Below, in pieces: positions 24,417-36,734 of a DNA stretch of 64,000 nucleotides; position 1 is the stretch's first letter, and each line of letters opens with the position of its first letter. A model generated the notes under the pieces. That model had not been told where the DNA came from and searched no databases. It worked only from the letters and a program-made list of their open reading frames with translations. The stretch covers positions 44,490-108,489 of the forward strand of contig NIVC01002580.1 of the NCBI GenBank assembly GCA_002269645.1. The letters are read 5' to 3'. A program made the translations under genes and the position numbers. The stretch is from Macrostomum lignano. Taxonomy: Eukaryota.

Positions 24417-25489
24417 TAGGGAATACAAAATCCCAAGTTTTGCCAATCCCAGGATTTAGGGATTGTGATGATATCCCAGGATTGAAGAGGTTTCTAATTT
24501 TTGTTAGTGCAATTTTTGTTTACAAAGTCATCCAATCTGGTTTTAAAGGGCTTTCAACAATAAAAGTATAACAGAATAAAAGATTTTGCAAACAAGAAAC
24601 TGATAGTGAGCTCTGAAATGGAGTGTAAATAGGCTGGCATAATAGAAGTGCTTTTTACATGCTAGTATCAGCTCAAGAAAATGACACTTGATTGTGATGT
24701 AACATAGGGAATGATAGCCTATAGAGCTATGGCATAAGGTACTGATACCAGTTTAGAAAGGGATTAGACCTCATACTTCCAAGGGCACCCATCCTAGATA
24801 AAGAATGGGCAGCTTGGGTTGTGGTCCAATAGCAAGGTCCCAAGTCTTGACTCCCATTGTTCTAATCCCAACTATAGCCAAGGAGGTTTTGAAGGTAGGG
24901 ATTACTTAAAGTAGTTTTGCTACCAACCCTATTCTGGACATCTAAAGGGTGTCTTGACAGTGTTGAGAATGAGTTCTTTTGCATAGGGGGCTTCTGATCT
25001 GCACAAGGTCAAGACTTGAAACCTATTGACTTAGCTAGGTTTGGAATAGATAAAGAGTTCAAATGAACAATGATTTGACTCCCATCTGGCAAGCTATAGT
25101 ACCATGATAGGAAACAATAAGGAATTGGCTTCTATTGCTTTAGGCTTTGTTCACAGGTTTTTGAATAATAATTAAATTTGTCTGCAAGTAGCATATGCAT
25201 ATAGCTGCATGTACATTTATTATTACACCTGAGATCTCCTTACAATCTGCCAAAAGCTTCAGTTTTGTATCTATGCAGCCCTAACCTTCTCACTAGCCTG
25301 CATGTTTAAAAGATTAATAAATCAAAGCAAGACAAATAAGTGATGATTTTCACCTGACAAACAGCTTAGCTGCAGATACTACTACTAAGAATGAATGATT
25401 GAATTATTGCAAACTGGGATTGAGATCCCAATGGTCAATCCCAGGATTTTTGAATCCCAGACAATTGTGATCTAGGATTGTATTCCCTA
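24417..25489. mobile_element. Old non-autonomous hAT-type element, 1073 bp
   Basis: 12-bp TIR TAGGGAATACAA at both ends; 8-bp flanks GTAGCATT (24409-24416) and GTAGCATC (25490-25497); subterminal AATCCCAGGATT repeats. 8-bp TSDs are typical of hAT. Confidence 0.8.
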
Positions 25490-26539
25490 GTAGCATCCTG
25501 CCAGTGCTATGCCTAATATTGAATATTATAGCTGACTTCAAAGCTAACCATAGCTAACCAATTCATTAGCACCATTAGGCTTCTTCACATCAGATTACAT
25601 GTTAGATAATAAGTCCTTTGTCTTGATGCTAAGTATTTGCAAACTATTGTAGGATCAAGTTCAAATGGCACCCAAATATCCCATTTTGTGACTTGCTCTC
25701 TGCTTCTAGGTCTTGCTTATTATGTTGATGCCCTATCTTTTAACTCCGCCTTAAAATGATTGACCTTCCTCAATAGCATATACTTCTACTAGATGCTAAG
25801 GGTACATTTTAGAGAAATTGTTATAATGCTACATTAGGGTTTAGCATTGGGGTGGCTGCTATTGCTTTTGCCAACTAGGACTAGGTATAGATATTAATGA
25901 CAATTGAGAAAGTGTTGTATCAGTTTTAAGCTTTGCCTTGCATTTTGGCATTTTCAAATTCAATAAAAAACTAAGATTTGTGCCATATTTTAGGCTAGCT
26001 AAAATTTAAACTAAAGTGAATTAGTAGAGTCAATATAGCAAAGGATATAAGATAAAAGTTATAAAAGCAAAATAAAAAAAATTAAATATCTTTTTAATAA
26101 AAAACAAAGCAGATATAATATATATATTGATCAGTCTAATAAATATATTAAAGTTAAAAACATGCAATTTTGAGATAGCCATCAAATTTTAGTAGCAAAA
26201 AGTCACAAAATAGGTGATTAAAATAGTTTGTAGCTTTTATTTTTATAGTTTTTAATTTTGAAGTATAAAAAGTTTATTAAAATAATAAAACAAAAGTTTT
26301 TTTCCCGAAAAAACAATAAGCATAGGGCTATGTGGAGCCGGAGGTAAATAGCTCATAGCTCATATTACTTAAGGAATAAAAAAGTGCAAGACTTATTTTA
26401 TTGCAAAAAATAGTATATAACAGTGTATGGTATTAATAAAATATTTATGTTTTTTTATTAGTACTTGCTGCATAAAACTAGCTTGAAGTCTGTTTGCAAC
26501 AATGAATATCTACCATACTTTTTTCACCAATGCAATTGC

Positions 26540-29500
26540 ATGCATACTGGAGTTGAAGCCTGGCTGCCTTTCTGTCTAGCCTGCATAGCTCTGGCTCTGG
26601 GCAATTATGCCTATAGAAATGGCGCCCTGGACTTTATCACAGTTGCTAGGCAGTTTCGTAGACGCGATTGGCTATTGTATTTGTTGCAACGCCTAAGACG
26701 ACAAGTTTCAACATGTTGGCCAATAAGAAGTTGTAAGCGTTCATCTACTGATAGTAGCAATCAAAGTAAAAGATGCGACTATCAATCAGAAAAAGCTACA
26801 CAGCGATGGAAGCGTACAAGGCGATTGTCAGATGCAGCTATTAATTATTCGGTTATCAAATCGACAGCATCAGAGGCTACAAAGCTACAAAGCAATTTGC
26901 TAAGCAGTTTTGGCCTATCCAGCCTAGCGGAATTGTTACCCTGTCTGAAGCAATTGAAACCAAGTCAGATTTCTCAGCTGGGCAAAGCTGCAGTGTCTAG
27001 TACAGTTGCTAAGGGCCAACAGTTGCTATGCCAGCCAACATACGGCGTGATATTTATTGATTCTGGATTAATTGAGGTGCAGTTATTGAATGACAAGGAT
27101 GTTATTGAATATATTCCACCTGGAGAGATTGTATTCAGTGCACTGATGCTGCTGAAATGTATTTATGCTTGTCAGGCACCAGGTGGTAGTCATAGTCGCT
27201 ACCTGAGGCTGGCGGCTGTTACGGATACAAAGATACGCTGGCTGCCATTCGATGCTTTGCTAGAGGCTCTAGCCTATGATCGCGAGTTTGGTAATAACAT
27301 ATTGGTAATTCAATGTTGGCGCCAGTTTACTCGTGTAACGGCGCGCGGTCTGGCGCCACTGCTGTTGCCAGAGGAGGCGCCGGTACCCTGGCTAAATAAT
27401 GACAATGCTGTGAGCATTAATAATAATAATAATAATCATAATCATAAAACTGTCGCTGAGTTACTTGGAGTCGATGAAATCAACAGTTGTGCGTGTACTA
27501 CTGTGAATTGTGGATCTGATCAAATTGAATTCGACAACAATTATGGACATGCATTAAGTACTACTGTTAGTAATGTTGACGTTGTTGTTCAAGCTGGTTC
27601 CGGCCAAGTTGGCGAATTGATTTGCGTGCTGCGAGGAAATTTATGGCAGCGCGTCAATGGCCAGACTATGCTAGTTGGCAGGTCAGTATTGCTGGTTATC
27701 GATTGCGTATTTGATACGATAAAGTGGACTAGTGGAGGATTGTACAGCAACCCCTAACTTCAATAATTTGTCAGTTTCCCGTTCACGCCTGTCAGGTTCT
27801 ATCAGGTCTCCACGACATAATGTCTTTGAGACGTTTTAAGATCCCTTATATTGTCAGACCATGTCATATCCCCGATATTGTCAGACCAGGTCATATCCCC
27901 GATATTGTCAGACCAGGTCATATCCCCGATATTGTCAGACCAGGTCATATCCCCGATATTGTCAGACCATGTCATATCCACGATATTGTCAGACCAGGTC
28001 ATATCCCCGATATTGTCAGACCAGGTCATATCCCCGATATTGTCAGACCATGTCATATCCCCGATATTGTCAGACCATGTCATATCCACGATATTGTCAG
28101 ACCGTGTCATATCCACGATATTGTCAGACCGTGTCATATCCCCGATATTGTCAGACCACTTTCTGATCTTTATTCCTCCCAGATTCTGTTAGACCCCCCT
28201 GGCAGCCTTTCTCCTATACGTAGACTCAGAACCGGTCTTCAATTGAAGCAATCAATCCCCTTGCCACCAATCAGACCCGGAGACCTAGTGGGTCAGCTGG
28301 AATTTCTCAGCCGCCTGCCGTTGGCCTCAGGCGGTTCAATCTACTGCCTGAGCAATTGTACTGCTCAGCTTGTTCGCATCAACCTGCCTCTGGCTGCCGC
28401 TACTGACAAGACCTTGATTCCCACTGTGGCCAATCACTTGGCTAAACAATTCCTACATTCCTTACTGTCGAGGCCGGATGTTCCGCTGACTGTCCTGCTA
28501 GAGCCTATCGCTCGCTATGTGTCACTTCGCATTGGCCAAGCGTTGCCCTTGGAATCTGTTGACAACTGCTATTTTTATGTGGTATCTGGCCGGCTGCAAG
28601 ACTTTCTAAAATTTCCCTACGATGAAGCTTCTTCTGCCTCTGCATCGCCTGTTACTAAGGAATGCTATAGTGCTGGCTGTCTTGTTAATACCACTAAAGC
28701 CTCCTTGTACGCTTCATCATCATCGTTGGCCACCGTGGTAGCGGCAGTCCGGGACTCTGAGCTCATTAGACTGTCCCGTAGGCTGGTTGACTGTCTGTCT
28801 GTGCGCTGTCCGGCTTTTTCTCACCGACTGGTGTCAGCTGTAGCTCACAGACTGTTGGGCTCGTATCGGGTTACGGCTGCTGATGATGCATCGACATTGC
28901 CTCTGTCAGATCGTCATTGCATTATTGCTCTGCTGCCTGGCCAAGCCTCTATTCCTGTGGATCTGTTTGCTCAACAACTGGCTGCCTGTCTGCCTGGAGT
29001 TGTCAGGTGTGTCATCTTTGCGGCATTTTGAATCAATGATTCTCGCGCTGCAATCCACGCGACTGATCCCCACTCACTGATCCTCACTCACTGATCCTCA
29101 CTCACTGATCCCCATTCACTGATTCCTACTCACTGATCCCCACGCTGTAATCCCCACTCACTGATCCCCACGCTGTAATCCCCACTCACTGATCCCCACG
29201 CTGTAATCCCCACTCACTGATCCCCACGCTGTAATCCCCACTTACGGATCCTCACGCTGTAATTCGCCACCCCCTGATCCCCACTCACTGATCCCCACTC
29301 ACTAATCCCCACTCACTGATCCCCCCTCACTGATCCCCACTCACTGATCCACACTCACTGATCCACACTCACTGATCCCCACTCACTGATCCCCACTCAC
29401 TGATCCCCACTCACTGATCCCAACTTCTTTGATCCCCACTCACTAATCCCCACTAACGGATCCCCCCTCACTGATCACCATTCACTGATCCCCACTCACT

Positions 29501-31626
29501 AATCCCCATTCACTGATCCCCACTCTTATCTCCCTAATTTTGTTTAGTGCGGCGTCTTAGTCCCCTATTTATCCATGTTTTGTACAATGCTTGACATTCT
29601 ATTAAGATAAAAAAGCAGTATGCATTGCTCACAACTAACCTTTCAGGCGCCTCTCCTCAGACCGAGCCCGAAGTGTTTTCGGCGCCTCAGTAAAATGTTT
29701 GAACCAATCTTACCCATTGTCGTCAACGTCAGCAGACGAAATTCTCAAACATTGGATTGCAGCCGAAGAGGATTCTGTAGCTAGGCAGGATGAAGCTTCA
29801 TCTAAGCGGCTGTTCCTATTGTTATCGCTAGACTATGCGCCAACCGCTTGGACCCGAGCTGCTTTACGCAGATCGGATAGAGTGCTGGTACTGCTAGAGC
29901 ACAATGGGTGCTCAGTGCAGCCCAGCCTAGCCGAGATTTACTATTCCTCATTGAGCAGTTCGTGTCTATTATCTAGTAGGAGACGAATGGAACTAATACT
30001 GCTGCATTCGACTCGAAGGCGAGTGGTGCCAGCTGGTAGTACTCTTCCTTACCTGGTTGCTAGGCCCTGGCTTAGCGGGCACCGGCATCTGCGACTGCCA
30101 CTTAGGCTGCGACGGATCAGAGATCGGGGAAGAGTGGATGAGGTTAGGGAGTTTTTGACAAGTCATTTATATGTATCCAGAAGTAAAATCCAGACTAAAA
30201 GATAAATCGTCCTAGACTAAATGAGAAATCCCCCCAGACCAAAAGAGAAATCGCCCCAGACTAAACCGAACGAGAACTCGCCCCAGACGAAATGAGTATT
30301 CGCTCCAGACTAAACAAGAAATCGCCTCAGACTAAACAAGAAATCACCTCCAGACTAAACGAGAAATCGCCCCAGACTAAACCAAAGGAGAAATCGTCCG
30401 TGACTAAACGAGAAATCGCCTCATACCAAAAGAGAAATTGCCCCATACCAAAAAAGATTCACTGTTTCCCATTCACTGATCCCCACTAACGGATCCCCCT
30501 CTGACTGATCCCCACTAGCGGGCGACTAAAAAAGAAATCGCCCTAGATTAAAAAAGAGAAATCGCTCTAGACTAAATGAGAAATCACCCCAGACTAATCG
30601 AGAAATCGCCCCAGACCATGGGAAATCACCCCGGACTAAAGCAGATCGCACTCATTGCCAATCCTGCAGAAGTCGCCGCCCCCAGCTGCAGCCGACATGC
30701 GCCGTCTTGCCCGCCACCTGTCCAATGGCGCCATAGGCCTGGCCCTGGGCGGCGGGGGCGCCCGCGGTGCCGCCCACCCTGCAGTCCTCCGCCTGCTGGC
30801 CAACCGCGGAGTCCCCGTAGACGCCGTGGCCGGTACCAGCATTGGCGCCCTGGTTGGCGCGCTCTGGTCGATGGAAACCTGTCCACAATCTGTCCAACAA
30901 ACTGTCAAGCAGATGTTTGCAGACAGCAGTAAGAAGTCTAGTCAGGCTTACGATGTCACCCTGCCATTGGTGTCGCTGTTTCGAGGCGGCCTGCTCAATA
31001 GCCTGCTTGCCCAGTGCTTCGATGTCAGGCGCGGTATTGAAGATCTTTGGTTGCCATGCTATTTTATAACTACAGAGTTGCGTAGTAGAAAGATTCGTGT
31101 TCTAAGCCGGGGCTCGCTTTGGAAAGCTGTTCGAGCCAGCATGTCCTATCCGGTGCTGCTGCCGCCTGTATGGTCAGACGATGGTCAGGACTGTCTCGTT
31201 GACGGCTGCTTTGTCAACAATCTACCAGTAGATGTGTTGCGTCAGAAATCCGACGGCGTTATAAAAGTCATAGCCGTAGACATATCGGATAGCAATCGGT
31301 TGGAACCTGGCAGGTTTCGAGTCTATGGCGACTGTTTGTCCGGATTCTCGGCTCTGTTGAGTCCGGCTGGTCGATATCCCAGGCTGATAGATGTGCAGAT
31401 GCGATTGGCCAGTATAACCTCTAATATGCGAGTGACGGAGCAGCGGCTGCGGTCCATGCACTGGTGCTGGTATCTGACTCCTCCTGTGCAGGGCTTTGGT
31501 ATAGCCAGTTTTAGCCAATTTCAGCCAGTCTACGATGCCGCTGTGGACTATCTGGAGGACAAATGGAGACGGGATTCCGCCGATGGCTCTTTGCCAACTT
31601 GGTTGATTGACGCCGCTAAACGATAG
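26540..31626 (+). CDS. PNPLA6/PNPLA7: Neuropathy target esterase / swiss cheese-like patatin phospholipase; exons 26540-27681, 28224-29006, 29647-30142, 30670-31626 (~1125 aa)
   Basis: N-terminal hydrophobic anchor; degenerate cNMP-binding segments (PGDLVGQLEFL); NTE linker (RRLSSDRARSVFGAS, WTRAALRRSDRVL, DMRRLARHL); patatin motifs GGGGARG, GTSIG and DGCFVNNLP. Splice phases 2/2/0 are consistent; the exon-2 acceptor is the least certain. Confidence 0.9.
27848..28159. repeat. 27-bp intronic minisatellite (ATATTGTCAGACCAGGTCATATCCCCG)
   Basis: Directly visible in NTE-like intron 1. Confidence 0.96.
29060..29525. repeat. 14-bp intronic minisatellite (ACTCACTGATCCCC)
   Basis: Directly visible in NTE-like intron 2. 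Confidence 0.95.
30200..30632. repeat. Degenerate ~21-bp intronic repeat (GAGAAATCGCCCCAGACTAAA)
   Basis: Visible in NTE-like intron 3, interrupted by a few units of the intron-2 repeat at about 30468-30516. Confidence 0.85.
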
Positions 31627-31689
31627 GGACAAATAAGATTGCGTTTGTGTAATTAATGGCAACAAAAATATGGCTCTGTTGCCATGTTG

Positions 31690-33032
31690 GAAATTCAGGG
31701 TAGCATAGAGAGGCTCAGTCCCGAATGGCTGTGTTGGAAATCCAGGGCAGCATAGAGAGGCTCAGTCCCGAATGGCTGTGTTGGAAATCCAGGGCAACAT
31801 CTGGAGGCTCAGTCCCGAATGGCTGTGTTGGAAATCCAGGGCAGCATCTGGAGGCTCAGTCCCGAATGGCTGTGTTGGAAATCCAGGGCAGCATCTGGAG
31901 GCTCAGTCCCGAATGGCTGTGTTGGAAATCCAGGGCAGCATCTGGAGGCTCAGTCCCGAATGGCTGTGTTGGAAATCCAGGGCAGCATCTGGAGGCTCAG
32001 TCCCGAATGGCTGTGTTGGAAATCCAGGGCAGTATCTGGAGGCTCAGTCCCGAATGGCTGTGTTGGAAATCCAGGGCAGCATCTGGAGGCTCAGTCCCGA
32101 ATGGCTGTGTTGGAAATCCAGGGCAGTATCTGGAGGCTCAGTCCCGAATGGCTGTGTTGGAAATCCAGGGCACATCTGGAGGCTCAGTCCCGAATGGCTG
32201 TGTTGGAAATCCAGGGCACATCTGGAGGCTCAGTCCCGAATGGCTGTGTTGGAAATCCAGGGCAGTATCTGGAGGCTCAGTCCCGAATGGCTGTGTTGGA
32301 AATCCAGGGCAGTATCTGGAGGCTCAGTCCCGAATGGCTGTGTTGGAAATCCAGGGCAACATCTGGAGGCTCAGTCCCGAATGGCTGTGTTGGAAATCCA
32401 GGGCAGTATCTGGAGGCTCAGTCCCGAATGGCTGTGTTGGAAATCCAGGGCAGTATCTGGAGGCTCAGTCCCGAATGGCTGTGTTGGAAATCCAGGGCAA
32501 CATCTGGAGGCTCAGTCCCGAATGGCTGTGTTGGAAATCCAGGGCAGTATCTGGAGGCTCAGTCCCGAATGGCTGTGTTGGAAATCCAGGGCAGCATAGA
32601 GAGGCTCAGTCCCGAATGGCTGTGTTGGAAATCCAGGGCAACATCTGGAGGCTCAGTCCCGAATGGCTGTGTTGGAAATCCAGGGCAGTATCTGGAGGCT
32701 CAGTCCCGAATGGCTGTGTAGGAAATCCAGGGCAGTATCTGGAGGCTCAGTCCCGAATGGCTGTGTAGGAAATCCAGGGCAGTATCTGGAGGCTCAGTCC
32801 CGAATGGCTGTGTAGGAAATCCAGGGCAGTATCTGGAGGCTCAGTCCCGAATGGCTGTGTAGGAAATCCAGGGCAGTATCTGGAGGCTCAGTCCCGAATG
32901 GCTGTGTAGGAAATCCAGGGCAGTATCTGGAGGCTCAGTCCCGAATGGCTGTGTAGGAAATCCAGGGCAGTATCTGGAGGCTCAGTCCCGAATGGCTGTG
33001 TTGGAAATCCAGGGCACATCTGGAGGCTCAGT
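31690..33032. repeat. 47-bp minisatellite, about 28 copies, just 3' of the NTE-like stop codon
   Basis: Unit GGCTCAGTCCCGAATGGCTGTGTTGGAAATCCAGGGCAGCATCTGGA directly visible. Confidence 0.98.
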
Positions 33033-33914
33033 CAAATCCAAATCCATCTCAGCAGGCTCTGGCAATCATTCAATTATGTTGTGATGCACTATTTTTCATA
33101 TTTTTCAGTCTTTCCATCTCTTTTAATTTCATATCCGACTTGTTATGGTGCCTTTAATTTCATTTGAATGTAGCACTAAGACGCGTATATTTTTTATAAT
33201 CGATTAACTATAATTCCATCTCTTATTCATACTACTAGCTGCTGACTTTCACCACTAGTAGCTAGAGCGTTTATATCGCACCAGAATGTTTAGTCTCTTG
33301 TTTTATAAAGTTAGATTCTTGAAAGAGTAGTTATTGTTAATTGTTTACTTTCTCTCATTAACAGATCAGTTATTAAATCGTTCTAGTTTTTAATTACTTC
33401 TACTTTTTGCTATTAATATGCAGTATTTTTGCACGTTTATATTTTAATGTAATTTTTATTAATAACAACACTTCCAATTCCTGTTGAAGTATCATATTAT
33501 TGAAACTTAATAAAACTGCCATTTATATAGCATCTATATTGTTTTAGTTTTTATTTCTTTACACTTTATCACTTCTTATCTACATCAGATTGTAATTTGC
33601 GCACATCAGGAGAAGGATGATGCATATTTTAAAGGCGAATTTGAAGGATTGGGGCCCCTTTCATACTCTCGAGCTCACTTCACTATTTTGTTTGGCAAAG
33701 ATCGAGGTTTGAGCAACTCGAACTTCTCTTTGTTTAGACAAGATAAGTTTGAAGGTGAACTTTTGAGTCTGAGAATACGGGCCCTTTGATTCTTTTGACA
33801 TGCAAAGGCCGAGTCTGACTTCTCCTCGAGCATGGCGCTTTACTGTCACTTTGGCTTTCTGAATCATTTAGATCAGGTCTGAACCGGTTAGATCACTTTC
33901 AAACCACTTAATTC

Positions 33915-35258
33915 AACACTGAACCGCTCTTAAGCATCAACCCTGAACCGCTCTTCAACATCAACCCTGAACCGCTCTTCAACATCAACCCTGAACCGCT
34001 CTTCAACATCAACCCTGAACCGCTGTCAACATCAACCCTGAACCGCTCTTCAACATCAACCCTAAACCGCTCTTCAACATCAACCCTGAACCGCTGTCAA
34101 CATCAACCCTGAACCGCTCTTCAACAACCCTGAACCGCTCTTCAACATCAACCCTGAACCTCTCTTCAACATCAACCCGGAACCGCTGTCAACATCAACC
34201 CTGAACCGCTCTTCAACATCAACCCTGAACCGCTGTCAACATCAACCCTGAACCGCTCTTCAACATCAACCCTGAACCGCTGTCAACATCAACCCTGAAC
34301 CGCTCTTCAACAACCCTGAACCGCTCTTCAACATCAACCCTGAACCTCTCTTCAACATCAACCCGGAACCGCTGTCAACATCAACCCTGAACCGCTGTCA
34401 ACATCAACCCTGAACCGCTGTCAACATCAACCCTGAACCGCTCTTCAACATCAACCCCGAACCGCTGTCAACATCAACCCTGAACCTCTCTTCAACATCA
34501 ACCCTGAACCGCTGTCAAAATCAACCCTGAACCGCTCTTCCACATCAACCCTGAACCGCTGTCAACATCAACCCTGAACCGCTCTTCAACATCAACCCTG
34601 AACCGCTGTCAACATCAACCCTGAACCGCTCTTCAACATCAACCCTGAACCGCTGTCAACATCAACCCTAAACCGCTCTTCCACATCAACCCTGAACCGC
34701 TGTCAACATCAACCCTGAACCGCTCTTCCACATCAACCCTGAACCGCTGTCAACATCAACCCTGAACCGCTCTTCAACATCAACCCTGAACCGCTGTCAA
34801 CATCAACCCTGAACCGCTCTTCAACATCAACCCTGAACCGCTGTCAACATCAACCCTGAACCGCTCTTCAACATCAACCCTGAACCGCTGTCAACATCAA
34901 CCCTGAACCGCTCTTCAACATCAACCCTGAACCGCTGTCAACATCAACCCTGAACCGCTCTTCAACAACCCTGAACCGCTCTTCAACATCAACCCTGAAC
35001 CGCTGTCAACATCAACCCTAAACCGCTCTTCAACATCAACCCTGAACCGCTGTCAACATCAACCCTGAACCGCTCTTCAACAACCCTGAACCGCTCTTCA
35101 ACATCAACCCTGAACCTCTCTTCAACATCAACCCGGAACCGCTGTCAACATCAACCCTGAACCGCTGTCAACATCAACCCTGAACCGCTGTCAACATCAA
35201 CCCTGAACCGCTCTTCAACATCAACCCGGAACCGCTCTTCAACATCAACCCTGAACCG
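33915..35258. repeat. 23/24-bp minisatellite (AACATCAACCCTGAACCGCTGTC / ...GCTCTTC), often alternating as a 47-bp dimer
   Basis: Directly visible. Confidence 0.97.
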
Positions 35259-36460
35259 CAATCAAACACCTGCCTGATCCACGTAGTTAAAGTGACGAAA
35301 TATTTATGAATAATTGAGTAGCGAAAGCAGGAAATGCCCAGATATGTGTTCAATTTAATACATATTTTCCCTCTGTCCATCATTCTGTTCATGGCCACGG
35401 TGTCGCAACAACAGTAACAATTATGTTTAACACTGCATCGCGTTCAAATTATCTACGGGTCGTATATAAGCAAGTCAACCGAACACCCTTGAATTCATCA
35501 GAAAAGTAGAAATTGCAAGACGATATTATAATATGTTGCTGCTGAATCTTGCAGAGTTTTATTCCGTGAAATTAATGCTTTTTTATTCTTAACAGATCTG
35601 TATTGGTTATATATAGATAAATAAAAAACGATTCTTAAAGTGCATTTATGCATGGCCTTCTAGAGGCTTATGCAATGATTTATGCAATCCTACTGTACAT
35701 TCTGTTGTAAAAATCAAAATATTTAACCATCGAAAACTTAACGTTTGATTTATTTTATTTTATTAGTATCAGATTTCAATATAAAGTATCTGAGGCTGTT
35801 TATTAGTATATCTGATGTAACAATAGTCAGTTCATTTACGAGCGTACCTCTCTATTTATCAAATTCTTTAGGGGTTGTTAAAGCTTTGGCCATAGACATA
35901 AGCGCGTTTTGATTTAGCACACAGGAGGGGATCTTAAAGTGCTGTATGTACTCGTATATATTGTTTTCAGCCTACTTTTAGATCTGTCGGTTTTGACCAT
36001 AAACAAAATCTCGAATAAAATTAAATGCCCCATTTTTAGTATAGCTTGACTAAAAATCTAATTGTTACTGGTATCACTTTTGTCAGTAAAGTTTAGCTGC
36101 AACCCTTAACGTAACGTACAAACATTCCAGAGACTACCTTGTACTCGTAGTATACCTGTAAATATAGCTGTTCTACATTAAGAAAATAGGCAATAATGGT
36201 CATTGTAAATCTCTTTGCATGGTATTGTCAGTTGAAAACGCCTGTAGTGGTAGCAGAGCCGCCAGTCGCGGGCTTGCTGCTGCGGCCTACGATGCCATTA
36301 AATCGGGGCCTATTCTTCATCTCGTAGCCAGCCTGCTTGCCTTCCATGCTGGGGTGCCTGCATGCGGGGTTGTGAAAATATTCAGCATTAATTAATAATA
36401 ATTTAATAATTGATTACAAGTGCCCAAATTGGACCAGATGTGCAACCGACAGCTCCTGAA

Positions 36461-36640
36461 GGACTGGGGGGTTGCCATTCACGCCTTCAATTACCCCAGC
36501 TAATGCTGGCACACATTTTACAGCTGCGTGAACTGAAGCTGTATTTCTTGCTTAAGGATACAAATTGTTCCAGTGGGATCAGGAATCGAACCCGCGATCC
36601 TTCAAGTCGTGAGTCCGACGCTCTAACCACTAACCACCAC
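36461..36640 (-). mobile_element. tRNA-derived SINE with a CORE/MIR-like central domain
   Basis: Minus strand carries box A TGGTTAGAGCG, box B GGTTCGATTCC, then TGTATCCTTAAGCAAG...CAGCTGTAAATG; related copy at 60150-60308. Confidence 0.75.
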
Positions 36641-36734
36641 TACAAGCACTTAAGAACCCGATAAATGTCAGGAGCTCCATTTTAGCCACCTCTTGGACAC
36701 TGGGATTTGCATACCCAATTAACATCAAGCCTTC

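Noticed and set aside
31725-32768. Long repetitive ORFs after the NTE-like gene
   Set aside because: Translation of the 47-bp array in all three frames; not a protein.
36560-36640. Functional tRNA gene
   Set aside because: Only the A/B boxes are tRNA-like; there is no acceptor stem or T-run terminator, and it continues into a SINE body.
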